Virus record (IMG/VR): IMGVR_UViG_3300026183_000930 | Span: 1-64,000 of that record | Direction: 5' to 3' (one strand) | Source of the DNA: a virus | DNA: 64,000 nucleotides | Translations under genes and position numbers: made by a program | Part shown: one piece after another, positions 1-9,731 of the stretch | Numbering within the stretch: position 1 is the first letter of the stretch | Layout: each line of letters starts with the position of its first letter | Notes under the pieces: generated by a model | What the model was told of the DNA's origin: nothing | Seen by the model: the letters and a program-made list of their open reading frames with translations, nothing else | Databases searched by the model: none

Positions 1-15
1 TTGCAAATATTATTA

Positions 16-708
16 ATGCGAACACAACAACAAATTGAAAAAATTAAAAAAGGTCAAGGCGATCCTTACTCAATTAACAATGTTGTTGATGTTGAATCGC
101 TTTATAACTATTATGTTTCTAACGAAGGCAATGTTGTTCAAAAAAATACAGGGCCAAAAATATTAAAAGTAGATCCTACAGAAGATTTGTTTGATTCTTT
201 GATAAAGTCTTTAAAAAAACAAGTAGGAGATTTTGATGTAAGATATATGCACTACTTTGATGTCACTGATCCTCACATCATACACAATGATGATGAGTTT
301 GAATATCCAGATTGTTACAAAGCATTTACTATTCCTTTGCGAATTTATGGAAGCAGTGATGATGTCAAGTTAATTGTTTTTGATCAATACTATTATGGAG
401 GTCCTGCAAAATTTGTCAACGGTAGTGATATGTCAGATTATCCTGTGCATTATAATAAATTCTTAACTGACTATAATGATATTGAACAACAATCAAATGT
501 TGAACTAAATGACGCCGAGCTTGAGCATTTGACTCATCTGCAACCTAGTTGGTTAAAAGGATTAAGTATTAATAAAATACTGCCATGGTCTATAGGAAAA
601 GCATTGTGCTTTGATAGTTTGGCACTACATTGCTCATCTGATTTTAAAAGTAAAGGAATAACAAGAAAAATTGGGTTAAGTATATTTACAACCAGGAGTA
701 ACGTATGA
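16..708 (+). CDS. hypothetical protein, possible cupin/2OG-Fe(II) oxygenase-like fold
   Basis: ORF with HxD motif (HIIHNDD) and distal H (ALHCSS); first ATG at 16, may begin upstream of the window. Confidence 0.45.
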   Translation: MRTQQQIEKIKKGQGDPYSINNVVDVESLYNYYVSNEGNVVQKNTGPKILKVDPTEDLFDSLIKSLKKQVGDFDVRYMHYFDVTDPHIIHNDDEFEYPDCYKAFTIPLRIYGSSDDVKLIVFDQYYYGGPAKFVNGSDMSDYPVHYNKFLTDYNDIEQQSNVELNDAELEHLTHLQPSWLKGLSINKILPWSIGKALCFDSLALHCSSDFKSKGITRKIGLSIFTTRSNV

Positions 709-893
709 AACTAAATATGGAAGAAGTGAAAAAAGAATTAGATTTATTATTTCCAGAATCATACTGTGCCAATTGTGGTAGAGTAGGACCACATGAAAAC
801 CCACTGTATGAAGAATTTATTGACGGTGATAATAAACCAGTGATAATTGAAGTATGTAAACACTATGTTAAACAAAAAATAAAAAAGGATTAA
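705..893 (+). CDS. small hypothetical protein with CxxC
   Basis: AGGAG SD; overlaps upstream stop. Confidence 0.6.
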   Translation: MKLNMEEVKKELDLLFPESYCANCGRVGPHENPLYEEFIDGDNKPVIIEVCKHYVKQKIKKD

Positions 894-895
894 AC

Positions 896-1000
896 ATGAT
901 AAAATGGTTGAAAAATATTTGGTATGAGTTTAAAATACATTTAGCATATAAGAAAAAAATAAAAGAATTAAAAAAGAAAGATCCTTTTATTTACAAATAG
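896..1000 (+). CDS. small basic hypothetical protein (34 aa, MIKWLKNIWYEF...DPFIYK)
   Basis: AAGGA SD; fills the gap between neighbours; below ORF-track cutoff. Confidence 0.6.
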   Translation: MIKWLKNIWYEFKIHLAYKKKIKELKKKDPFIYK

Positions 1001-1009
1001 GAATATAAT

Positions 1010-1525
1010 ATGAAATTAGTTTTTTATCCAGATGCGTGGCTCACAAAAAAAGTAGAGACGTTTGACTTCGAAAAGTTAGATGCTGAACAGATTGAAAAAC
1101 AAATGATAACCTTGATGAAGATTTCAAAAGGTGTTGGCTTGGCCGCTAACCAAGTGGGCCTTGATGCACAAATATTTGTTATGACAAACAAGTACGGAGA
1201 AAACTTTTCAATTATCAATCCAACTATAGTTGCCGCAAGTCAAGAAACAGTCATGGGCGAAGAAGGTTGTTTGAGCTTTCCAGGATTGTTTTTAAAAGTT
1301 AAAAGAGCTCAATCACTTGCTGTTGAGTTTTACGATCCTAAAGGCAACAAGCAAAACATAGAATTCACAGACTGGGACGCAAGAGTTTTTCAACACGAGT
1401 TTGATCACTTGTACGGAATAAACTTTATCAATAGAGTTAGTAAACTTAAACTAGATATGGCTAAGAAAAAGCAGGAAAAATTAGTTAAAAAGATTATGAA
1501 CGATATTGAGCAAAATAAAAAATAA
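1010..1525 (+). CDS. def: peptide deformylase
   Basis: motifs GVGLAANQVG, EGCLS, QHEFDHL. Confidence 0.95.
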   Translation: MKLVFYPDAWLTKKVETFDFEKLDAEQIEKQMITLMKISKGVGLAANQVGLDAQIFVMTNKYGENFSIINPTIVAASQETVMGEEGCLSFPGLFLKVKRAQSLAVEFYDPKGNKQNIEFTDWDARVFQHEFDHLYGINFINRVSKLKLDMAKKKQEKLVKKIMNDIEQNKK

Positions 1526-1526
1526 T

Positions 1527-1844
1527 TTAGATACTCCAATAATAATTCATTAAGCCACCCACTAACAACGTCACAAGTATTGCATTTAAAAATAGCAGTG
1601 CTCGGTCGTGCCATAAGTAACCAACCCATGCCCAACCAATTGTACCAAACAATCCAAACCACATATCCACATGTGGAATGGTTCCTACACTTCTAGAAGC
1701 AGTTGCTATTAAAATAAAAAATACTGATACCCATTTAACGTACCATGACAGATCACCTTTGGGTGTGACTTTCTTTATTACTCTAGATGAATTTAATTTC
1801 TTTATCTTGTCGTCAAGTTTTTCTTTTATAGGTTCAATTGTCAT
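1527..1844 (-). CDS. 3-TM small membrane protein (DUF6552-like)
   Basis: three hydrophobic helices, WYVKW and GWAWVGYLWHDRAL motifs; overlaps the nadE stop. Confidence 0.6.
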   Translation of the reverse strand: MTIEPIKEKLDDKIKKLNSSRVIKKVTPKGDLSWYVKWVSVFFILIATASRSVGTIPHVDMWFGLFGTIGWAWVGYLWHDRALLFLNAILVTLLVGGLMNYYWSI

Positions 1845-2562
1845 TTTTAAATACCGGTATTGGATTCATTTTGTGTAAATTAACTTTTCTTATTTTTTGA
1901 TATGTGTCATAGTATTCACTGTTTGATCCATGTGTCATTGCATGTTCCATTTGTTCATATGTTAAGCCACCTAATTGATCTAGATCAGTTCTGCCATCTT
2001 CCCACAAACCATCTGTAGGAGGTGCATCTATAATTTCTTGTAACACATTTAAATCTTTACCCAACTGCCATACTTGTGATTTCATTAGATCTGCAATTGG
2101 TGATATGTCCACTCCACCATCTCCATACTTTGTGTAAAAGCCAACTCCAAAGTCTTCTACTTTGTTGCCTGTGCCAACAACTAAACCTTGTGTGGCACCT
2201 GCAATGTGATGCAGTGTGACCATTCTTATTCTTGATTTGGTATTTGCAAAAGCATGTTGATTGTTAAAGTCTATCTGCATTTCAAATTTGAATGCATTGT
2301 ACACTGTGTCTAAATCAACTGTGATGTGTTCAACGTTTGAAAACTTGTCTGTTAACCATTCACCATGTTTAATACTTAGATCGTGTTGTGATTGAATTTG
2401 TTTGATTGGCATTGACACTGCATACACAGGTAACTCTGTCATTGCACACAGAGTACTAACCACAGATGAATCAATACCACCAGACACTCCTACAACCAGT
2501 GTTTTACGATTGTGTTCCGTTGCATAATTTTTTATCCAGTTAGATATTTTGTTTTGTAACAT
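1834..2562 (-). CDS. nadE: NH3-dependent NAD+ synthetase
   Basis: GVSGGIDS PP-loop, NTKSRIRM, GTGNKVE, FYTKYGDGGVDISPIADL, PPTDGLW. Confidence 0.95.
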   Translation of the reverse strand: MLQNKISNWIKNYATEHNRKTLVVGVSGGIDSSVVSTLCAMTELPVYAVSMPIKQIQSQHDLSIKHGEWLTDKFSNVEHITVDLDTVYNAFKFEMQIDFNNQHAFANTKSRIRMVTLHHIAGATQGLVVGTGNKVEDFGVGFYTKYGDGGVDISPIADLMKSQVWQLGKDLNVLQEIIDAPPTDGLWEDGRTDLDQLGGLTYEQMEHAMTHGSNSEYYDTYQKIRKVNLHKMNPIPVFKNDN

Positions 2563-2563
2563 C

Positions 2564-2746
2564 TTATACTAATTCATTTTCATATTGTTTTTTACTAATC
2601 ATTTCACATTCCACAGCATCTACTTTTGCAACATCATACAGCAATTGAATTGATTGTTCAAAACTGCTGTAATCTTTTTCCCACCAAAGCACAGTGGCTT
2701 CTTGTGTTCCTTTAGTTACAGTCACTTTGTAATAACAGTTTGACAT
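2564..2746 (-). CDS. hypothetical protein
   Basis: ORF in operon with nadE. Confidence 0.6.
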   Translation of the reverse strand: MSNCYYKVTVTKGTQEATVLWWEKDYSSFEQSIQLLYDVAKVDAVECEMISKKQYENELV

Positions 2747-2754
2747 AATATTTT

Positions 2755-2964
2755 TTACTGCTTTAATGGATCATACACAAACTCATATCCACTCATGTTT
2801 GCTATGTACATGTTTTTGTTTGGCATTTTTACAAACCTTAATCTTATTGATCCGTTTTCCAAAGTCATTACTATGCCGTGTTGGTTACTTGAAATTACCA
2901 ATGCGTCCAGATATTGATCTTTGTCCGTGCAATGAATTTTAACTGTTTCATTTTCGTAATGCAT
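2755..2964 (-). CDS. hypothetical protein
   Basis: ORF preceded by TTGACA...TATTAT promoter (minus strand, ~2999-2970). Confidence 0.6.
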   Translation of the reverse strand: MHYENETVKIHCTDKDQYLDALVISSNQHGIVMTLENGSIRLRFVKMPNKNMYIANMSGYEFVYDPLKQ

Positions 2965-2967
2965 ATT

Positions 2968-4002
2968 TTATATAATACTATGTTTTACAATTTTGTCAAC
3001 CTGAGAAAGGCTTTTGTTAAACATTCCATCCATTGACTTTGTTTGTTCTATCAACTGTTTATTAAGTTCCGGGCTGTGTACTGCTTGTTCTAAAAACTTT
3101 TCATTGGTTACGTTTTTAACTGTTTCTATATATGCAGGTGGCAGTGCATTCAAAGAAAGATATGGAGGCCAACTTAACACAGCAGGTATCCAAAATATGT
3201 TTCGCTGTTCAACATATTCTTTGATGTTTTGTGTGTCATGCACATTGTAAGCCTGTATCACAGTGTGGGCTGATATTGTTATGTTGCTATTGTTGTTCCT
3301 AAAATCTAGCCATTGGTTAATGACTTCTTCTTTAGTTTTCCAATCTGTTCCTTGTCTCACATATTCATCTACTTTGTTAATTCCATCAATGCTTAACATG
3401 AGATACAGCATTTTGAATTTTTTCAATTTGTCAATGTACTTGCTGGGAAAAAAAGTAGCATTGGTATTGACTTGAAGACTTATATTTTCAGCAACATTCT
3501 GCTGTTCCAGTATCTCTATCAATGATTTAAATTCAGGTGTGATAAAAGGTTCTCCGCCTAGATATTTGATTCTAGTGACATGATTCAAATCTATTGAATC
3601 AAGTATTTTTGTTAAATCTTGTTTTTCAACAGTTACATTTTTTATTTCAGCCCACTTGCTACTGTACTGTGGACTACACATTCTACAAGTGATGTTGCAT
3701 TGATTACTGACACTGATTTCTAAAAATTGTATTTTGTTACCAGATAACTCTGCATTTAAATTCTGCCTCATGCTTTTTCGCACACCTGCTTGTTCTTCTT
3801 TTTTGCATTTCAAACAGCCATCGTCCCAGTTGTCATCTTGCATGTTGTTTACCAAAGACTTGTAAAATTCAGAATTACGAAATTCAGAAAAAGAATGCTC
3901 GTTGATATTGTATCCAGACTGTTTGCTGTATCTACAACAGGGCTTGAAATTTCCTGCTACATCAATACAGACATGATTGTGAAAAGCATTGCAATTTGGC
4001 AT
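2968..4002 (-). CDS. radical SAM protein with N-terminal SPASM/twitch-like Cys cluster
   Basis: CNITCRMC (CxxxCxxC), GGEPF, SIDG. Confidence 0.85.
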   Translation of the reverse strand: MPNCNAFHNHVCIDVAGNFKPCCRYSKQSGYNINEHSFSEFRNSEFYKSLVNNMQDDNWDDGCLKCKKEEQAGVRKSMRQNLNAELSGNKIQFLEISVSNQCNITCRMCSPQYSSKWAEIKNVTVEKQDLTKILDSIDLNHVTRIKYLGGEPFITPEFKSLIEILEQQNVAENISLQVNTNATFFPSKYIDKLKKFKMLYLMLSIDGINKVDEYVRQGTDWKTKEEVINQWLDFRNNNSNITISAHTVIQAYNVHDTQNIKEYVEQRNIFWIPAVLSWPPYLSLNALPPAYIETVKNVTNEKFLEQAVHSPELNKQLIEQTKSMDGMFNKSLSQVDKIVKHSII

Positions 4003-4102
4003 TCCTGTATACTAACAGAGAATACATAAATTGTCAATTGATAAAAAGATCTTTTATGTGTTGGTATTTTGTTTTAACAGTCTCGGCAAGAATTCAATTG
4101 CA

Positions 4103-4283
4103 TTTGTATGTGTATTAGCAAATTTTGTATGTGCAATTACATAATTTGTATGTGTTTGTAAAATTTGTATGTGTTACACAGTTTGTATGTGCATTTCGTA
4201 AATTTTGTATGTGCTATTACATAATTTGTATGTGTATGTCGCATTTTTTACAAAACGTGTATGTGTTGTATTGTTTGTATGTG
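4103..4283. repeat. array of 8 exact plus 1 variant TTTGTATGTG, mostly 18-22 bp apart (iteron-like)
   Basis: copies start at 4103, 4124, 4145, 4164, 4182, 4204, 4225, 4274; variant at ~4256. Confidence 0.9.
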
Positions 4284-5176
4284 TATTAGAAGTTTTTTTA
4301 AAAAGGCGGGGGTTTTAAACAAAATAGTATGTGCAACGATTTTTACGGTGTCAGAATCCACATCAAAGGATGTACGGTTATGCCTGTTCGCACAGCTCAC
4401 AGGTACTGTTTCCACTGTGTGTAACAGTGCTGTAAAGTTCACACCCAAGCACCCATGCTAAAGACCTGTTTAAACAGCTTTACAGCGTCTTACAGTGGGG
4501 TCTTTGACTGTGTAAGCATAAATGTGTGTCAAAGCACAAACCCTGGCTAAAAACAGTGAAAATCTGGTACCCAAAGCACACACCAAAGCACACAATTGGA
4601 ACACAATTAGTCATTGGCCTTAGCATGATCACATAGTGCATATAATAGCAATTGGCTAACCCTATAACCCTTGTTAAACTAGTACCATAGTGGATCACTG
4701 TTCGCTTTGCTCACCTCTGTTGACAGCCCGGCGAGTTCTGTTAAAAACACACCAAAGCAGTGTCAAGCATTATCAAGCATTGACCACAGTGTGTGCGAGT
4801 GCATAACCCTGATCACACAGTTGACAGCTGTGTCTGAGGGTGCTAGACCACATTCCGCATACAAAATCTATACATAACCGCAAGTTGCAAATACACCGCC
4901 GCCTATATGTACACCACATTTTTTTACTGCGTAATTTTTCAAAAACTCCAGAACATCAACCCCATCAAGTTTTAAAACCACTGTGTGTCCACATCATGCT
5001 CTAAACCAAGTTGCGTTTCCGCAACTCGTAGTAAATGCTTCGCATTAGCAGTTGCCCTTTCTTACCTCGCCCTCCGCCTATGTTATAGCCCATTTTTTTT
5101 GCTGTGCAACTAGCGCCAGGATCCAGGTTTCCAAGCCCCGGCTAGATCACATGGTCGGTGGGGTGATTTGAAAAAA

Positions 5177-5884
5177 TTATTTCATGAAGGTGTGGTTGCC
5201 CAACACACCTATGTACTGTTTACTATCTGCCCAGTGTGGATACACTAGATTGTGTGCATAGTAGAATACTGCACCATGGGTGTTATCACTGATCGTTAAC
5301 CCTGTACTGCCTGCTATCATTATGGCAAGTTCAACTGACTCCCGCCAAGCTCTGGCATTGCCTGTTATGGTTTCGCCTGTTGATTCGTAGTTGGCCCATA
5401 TCACATCCCGGTTACCATCACAGTACCATGAGAACTTGCATCTGTGCTTGACAGGATAGTACACTCTGTCTGCATCAGCTAGGTCTTTGTGTTGCTTGGT
5501 TTTCCATGATTCTCTCACAGGACCCTGTTGTACCACAGCACAATATGTACTGGGCCATCTTGAATCTAACACTCTATTACGAGTAACATTGCCCACTGCG
5601 GCTTTGCCCGAATATGATTCTGCCCTTGCTTCAAAGTATATGTTCTCTGCTAGACACACAACCTCATTGTGTTGGCTTTTGGCTACATCATTTGCATCCA
5701 ATTCTGTCCACAATATGTGCTGGGCCTGTGTGGTTAATTCTGCTACAGGTTCTGCCGATCGAGCTATACCTGTCAAAGTGGCACCTGTGATGACAGCTGT
5801 GACTATGATCACACACAGGGTTCTATACCAGATCCATGCTGTGTGGTACCAAGCAGTTGTTTGTCTTTGTGTATCGTTTTGCAT
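5177..5884 (-). CDS. cell wall hydrolase, SleB/Hydrolase_2 family, N-terminal TM anchor
   Basis: CLAENIYFEARAE, AVGNVTRNRV, CKFSWYCDG, GAVFYYA, LGNHTFM. Confidence 0.9.
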   Translation of the reverse strand: MQNDTQRQTTAWYHTAWIWYRTLCVIIVTAVITGATLTGIARSAEPVAELTTQAQHILWTELDANDVAKSQHNEVVCLAENIYFEARAESYSGKAAVGNVTRNRVLDSRWPSTYCAVVQQGPVRESWKTKQHKDLADADRVYYPVKHRCKFSWYCDGNRDVIWANYESTGETITGNARAWRESVELAIMIAGSTGLTISDNTHGAVFYYAHNLVYPHWADSKQYIGVLGNHTFMK

Positions 5885-5958
5885 ATGTTACCTCTCTGTT
5901 ATATAAACATATTAGCATGTTAGGGGATCTTGTCAACCCCCTAACTGCTGTTGATTTG

Positions 5959-6339
5959 TTAGTCTGCTCTCGATTCCATGTGTGCATCCATGCCGTATTT
6001 GTTCAGCACTTCAGCAAAAGCATCACAGCCGTGTTCTTTGATGTCCATTGATTGTGTATGGCACCATTTGTGATCTGACATGATGTCATAGTAGCTGATG
6101 TACCAACCGCCTCGGTAAGCATTAGATCCAATGCCCACTTTCTTTAAGAAGTCTACAAACTTACCTCTTGCCGGACGGATCTTCACATTGGCAAATCCAC
6201 AGTACATGGGTTCACCGTGTCTTGACACAAACTGTTCCACAGCCAATTTAGCGGCCACACAAGCTTCGGTCCAAATCACACCCGGGTCTTGGCCTTCTGC
6301 CACAAACTGTCTTATTTCTTTTTGATCTTGTTTTAACAT
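5959..6339 (-). CDS. early hypothetical phage protein
   Basis: own promoter and SD; CGFANVKIRP..QSMDIKE..ESRAD motif typical of phage early proteins. Confidence 0.75.
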   Translation of the reverse strand: MLKQDQKEIRQFVAEGQDPGVIWTEACVAAKLAVEQFVSRHGEPMYCGFANVKIRPARGKFVDFLKKVGIGSNAYRGGWYISYYDIMSDHKWCHTQSMDIKEHGCDAFAEVLNKYGMDAHMESRAD

Positions 6340-6455
6340 AAGTACCTCTCTATTGTTGTTTATGTTTTAATATTAACATGGATTGTATTTTTGTCAACCA
6401 CACAATTAACAGGCCAACAGCTATAAAATGTAGCGGAGTTGGCTTGTGTTTGAGC

Positions 6456-6689
6456 CTAGGCACTTTTACGAGCCTTTTTTTGTTGCAGTTGTTTAACAGT
6501 AAATTGTAAAGTGGTCAACAATGCGTCAAACTCAGCAAGTTGTGTTGCATCGGGTTTACGAATAACATGCTTGGCACTGTTGGCAGTTACTTCGTAAAAC
6601 GGAGTTTTAGTTTTGTAAATGTAAATTGTGTTTGTAGATGTGCAGTGTGTTGCAAGTTGTTTTGCATTTAGTTGTTTTGTTGTGTGCAT
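6456..6689 (-). CDS. early hypothetical protein
   Basis: own promoter and AGAGAGG SD. Confidence 0.65.
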   Translation of the reverse strand: MHTTKQLNAKQLATHCTSTNTIYIYKTKTPFYEVTANSAKHVIRKPDATQLAEFDALLTTLQFTVKQLQQKKARKSA

Positions 6690-6751
6690 TATAAACCTCT
6701 CTGTTTGTTTATTAAGTTTATAATAGCATAATAATAGAATCCGTCAACCAT

Positions 6752-6782
6752 AAAAAAAAGCCCCTTTTTACGGGGGCTTTTT
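6752..6782. terminator. bidirectional intrinsic terminator
   Basis: A8-GCCCC-loop-GGGGC-T5. Confidence 0.8.
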
Positions 6783-6801
6783 GAGGTACATCCTTCGAGG
6801 A

Positions 6802-7740
6802 TTAGTTATAAGGTCGGGTCACTGCTTCAAAACTTTTGCCATATGTTCTCACATCATCGTAATACACAACCTGTGTTGGATATGGATCTGCTTTGTTTTT
6901 TGTAGTTCCATCGATCCATGGCATGGGTGGAGTGTGATTGATTCTGCTGACATGAGTTTGATACAATCCAAATTTGAAATAGTTCTTGCCACCATCGGAT
7001 GTCTGTCCTTTGTAATCATATTTCAATTCACCGTTGATCCAAACTCTCACAATACCATCTTTGTTTTTACTGCTTTTAAACTCCAGCACAACATCTGTCC
7101 ATTTGCCCAACATGTCTTTGATGTCAAGCAAGTGTGCATTCTTTTTGTAGTAGCCTGAATAAGAATCTTTTTCTTGATAGAATGCTTTTAGATATCTCAC
7201 AGCCCAGTACCCACCGTTGTTGATTTCAAAACCCAAGTTGTGAGCAAAAGTTTTTCCATCTGGTTTATAGTTAGGCATGACTTGGTGTATCTGTGCCGCT
7301 TGTAGTTGCACAGGATCTACTGACACAAAGTCTTCTGGTAAGTAGATAGACCATGCAAAGAACTTGTGCTTGAATCCTTTTTTAACAGAAGTCAATTCCG
7401 ATCTGTGTCTATCGTTTTCACAATCATTCCAACTTTTGTCCCATGAACAATCACCTTCTCTGATTTCAAATTTGATAGACTGTGTGCCTGACTTTACTGG
7501 ATGTCCGTCTTCTGCATTCACAATTTGAATCTGATGTTTGTTATGAGTGTCACCTACAGATCTACCCCAATTGGTACCCGAAGCAATATCCTTAGGCAAT
7601 GTAGTACCCCATGGCATTTTGTAAAGTGACTTGCTGTCTGCTAAAGCAGGAACACTGGCAATGCCTAACATGATCATGATAGCAACTGTGCCACCCACTG
7701 TTAGGATTGTTAATTTGATAAATTCAATTGTTTGTTTCAT
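6802..7740 (-). CDS. secreted polysaccharide-lyase-like protein (heparin lyase I-like jelly roll)
   Basis: signal peptide; SIKFEIREGDC, RHRSEL, WSIYLPEDF, QIHQ, VWING, YFKFGLY, YYDDVR. Confidence 0.75.
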   Translation of the reverse strand: MKQTIEFIKLTILTVGGTVAIMIMLGIASVPALADSKSLYKMPWGTTLPKDIASGTNWGRSVGDTHNKHQIQIVNAEDGHPVKSGTQSIKFEIREGDCSWDKSWNDCENDRHRSELTSVKKGFKHKFFAWSIYLPEDFVSVDPVQLQAAQIHQVMPNYKPDGKTFAHNLGFEINNGGYWAVRYLKAFYQEKDSYSGYYKKNAHLLDIKDMLGKWTDVVLEFKSSKNKDGIVRVWINGELKYDYKGQTSDGGKNYFKFGLYQTHVSRINHTPPMPWIDGTTKNKADPYPTQVVYYDDVRTYGKSFEAVTRPYN

Positions 7741-7814
7741 TGTACCTCTCTGTTTATTCTTTATACTAACACAAAAGGGCGATATGTCAACCGCCCTCTT
7801 AAAACTTTTTACAA

Positions 7815-8066
7815 CTACTGCTTGTTCTGTGATTCGTTGATCTGTTTGCCTAATTCATCACCTGCACCACAACCCACAACTGCTCCCACGATTGTTGCAA
7901 GTGTCTTACCTGAGCCTGAGCCTACATGACTACCCAAATAACCGCCACCCACACAACCGGCCACAGTAGAAATCTGTCTCACAGATTTATCTGACATACT
8001 GCCAGTGGTTGCACTACAAGCCGACAAACCGATTAGGGCTACTAGAGCCAATGCCAACTTTTTCAT
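7815..8066 (-). CDS. glycine-zipper lipoprotein (17 kDa surface antigen-like)
   Basis: lipobox LSAC; GGGYLGSHVGSGSGK..ATIVGAVVG. Confidence 0.85.
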   Translation of the reverse strand: MKKLALALVALIGLSACSATTGSMSDKSVRQISTVAGCVGGGYLGSHVGSGSGKTLATIVGAVVGCGAGDELGKQINESQNKQ

Positions 8067-8275
8067 TATTGTGCCTCCTTATTTGTTTGTGTTGCTAATG
8101 CAACTAAACCAAAAAATATTGTTCCTAAGATTGAAACTCCTGCAACTGCCCATCTCCACAATGCGTTAGCATCTTCCGGCATACAAGCACCGCCACAATC
8201 TTCTAGCACTCCTACGCCTACTAAAGCACAGAAGAATACCATAAAGATTGAAAAGTATGATATAATGTTTTTCAT
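8066..8275 (-). CDS. small 2-TM membrane protein
   Basis: start reassigned to ATG after AGAGAGG SD; two hydrophobic helices. Confidence 0.7.
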   Translation of the reverse strand: MKNIISYFSIFMVFFCALVGVGVLEDCGGACMPEDANALWRWAVAGVSILGTIFFGLVALATQTNKEAQ

Positions 8276-8457
8276 TTGTACCTCTCTGTTCATATTATTA
8301 ATATAGCACATTTTGGAATTCCGTCAACCTCTTATTTTGTTCCATGACATGGAATAAATTTAAGGGCAATAAATGAATACTGCCCTTAAATCCGAAACAG
8401 TTTAACTGAGAGGTTAGTAACTGTTTCTGTCGCATCATCTTTGAAGAGAGGTTTTGA

Positions 8458-9516
8458 TTATGATGCGAATTTTGTTCCTGTGTAACCTGGTTGGGCTCCA
8501 CGTTTCATACAAGTCACTCTTGCCAACTTTTGCCAATCATCTGACATCTTTTTCAAGTCTGCAAGTTTAGTAACCATTCTTAATGAAATCTCATTTAGCT
8601 GATCTTTGTGATCTTCCATGAACTGTATAAGGCCTTGACCTTCTTGTTCAGAGAAGCCGTATTCTCCCAGCATGTTACCATCTTTGATAACTTGCTTACA
8701 TCTAAGAAACTTGTCTCTAGCAGAGTCCATTGTAAGATCCAAGTAGTGACATCTTGACATGATCGCCGCCAAGTGATCTTGCAACTTCTTAGACTTCACA
8801 TAGTTGAACTTGATGTTTGTGATCATGATCACTGAACCTCGATATTCAAATCTATCAGGCACACCTTCATGTGCAAGTACTCTAGACTCTGAGTTCCAAC
8901 TGATGTAACGTTTCTTACTGCTGTCCAAAGCCGCTTTCAAGATGTTAAGTGATACATCATCAAACAGTACTGTATCACAATCGTCTAGCACTAGTATGTT
9001 GCCTGGGTCTGAAAACTTGTACAACTTTTGATAAAGACCCAGTGCTGACATTGAACCTCTAACAACTTCAAACTTGGGTGGCACATCTGCCATCTTGTTA
9101 AAGATGTCCGAACGGTTCAGTTGTTCTTCAACACCGTAACTTTTACCAACACCCGGAGGTCCGGACACAATCATTGCTCTAACGTTGCCTTCTTGTGTTG
9201 CCTCTGTCATTTGTGTTAACACCTCGAACCTTTCACGTATACGTTCGATGGCTTCTTCATCTGTTTCTGTTACAACTTCTTTCTTCTTAGGTTGTACTCC
9301 ATCTAGCACAACATAGTCTGCGTCACGTTGATCAGCAACACGTACCCTAATTGGCTTAGCCGGAAACTCTCCTTCTGATGCTGTGCGTCCATCTACTAAG
9401 AAGAAACCGCCGCCCTTTTTCAATGGGCTCCAATCTCTGATCATTGTAAACACAACATCTTCAACCGGTTGGTCGTTGTAAATACCTGTTTTAATTTTAA
9501 CTGCGTTTGCTTTCAT
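8458..9516 (-). CDS. AAA-family P-loop ATPase
   Basis: Walker A GPPGVGKS, Walker B LVLDDCD, AIMSRC arginine finger. Confidence 0.85.
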   Translation of the reverse strand: MKANAVKIKTGIYNDQPVEDVVFTMIRDWSPLKKGGGFFLVDGRTASEGEFPAKPIRVRVADQRDADYVVLDGVQPKKKEVVTETDEEAIERIRERFEVLTQMTEATQEGNVRAMIVSGPPGVGKSYGVEEQLNRSDIFNKMADVPPKFEVVRGSMSALGLYQKLYKFSDPGNILVLDDCDTVLFDDVSLNILKAALDSSKKRYISWNSESRVLAHEGVPDRFEYRGSVIMITNIKFNYVKSKKLQDHLAAIMSRCHYLDLTMDSARDKFLRCKQVIKDGNMLGEYGFSEQEGQGLIQFMEDHKDQLNEISLRMVTKLADLKKMSDDWQKLARVTCMKRGAQPGYTGTKFAS

Positions 9517-9549
9517 TTGTCCTCTCTTCGTTTTGTTAATTTGCAATTG

Positions 9550-9714
9550 TTAATATACTAACACAGATCCATGATTTGTCAACCGCTTAGATAATTCTCT
9601 AATTTTTTTATCTGCGACCTCTTGGATCCATTTGTTCTCTTTGTTTCTGTCTTTCCAAGCCTGCAACCTTTTGGCAATTGCTTGTGCTTGATCTTCTGTT
9701 AACATTTTTTTCAT
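9550..9714 (-). CDS. small hypothetical protein
   Basis: ATG after GAAGG SD. Confidence 0.5.
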   Translation of the reverse strand: MKKMLTEDQAQAIAKRLQAWKDRNKENKWIQEVADKKIRELSKRLTNHGSVLVY

Positions 9715-9731
9715 ATATACCTTCACTGGCT

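Noticed and set aside
4103-4283. CRISPR array
   Set aside because: Repeat only 10 bp, spacers about 10 bp and partly repeated, no cas genes
6456-6735. Second GA-poor early gene
   Set aside because: Only partial depletion (several GA/GG remain); cannot be established by eye
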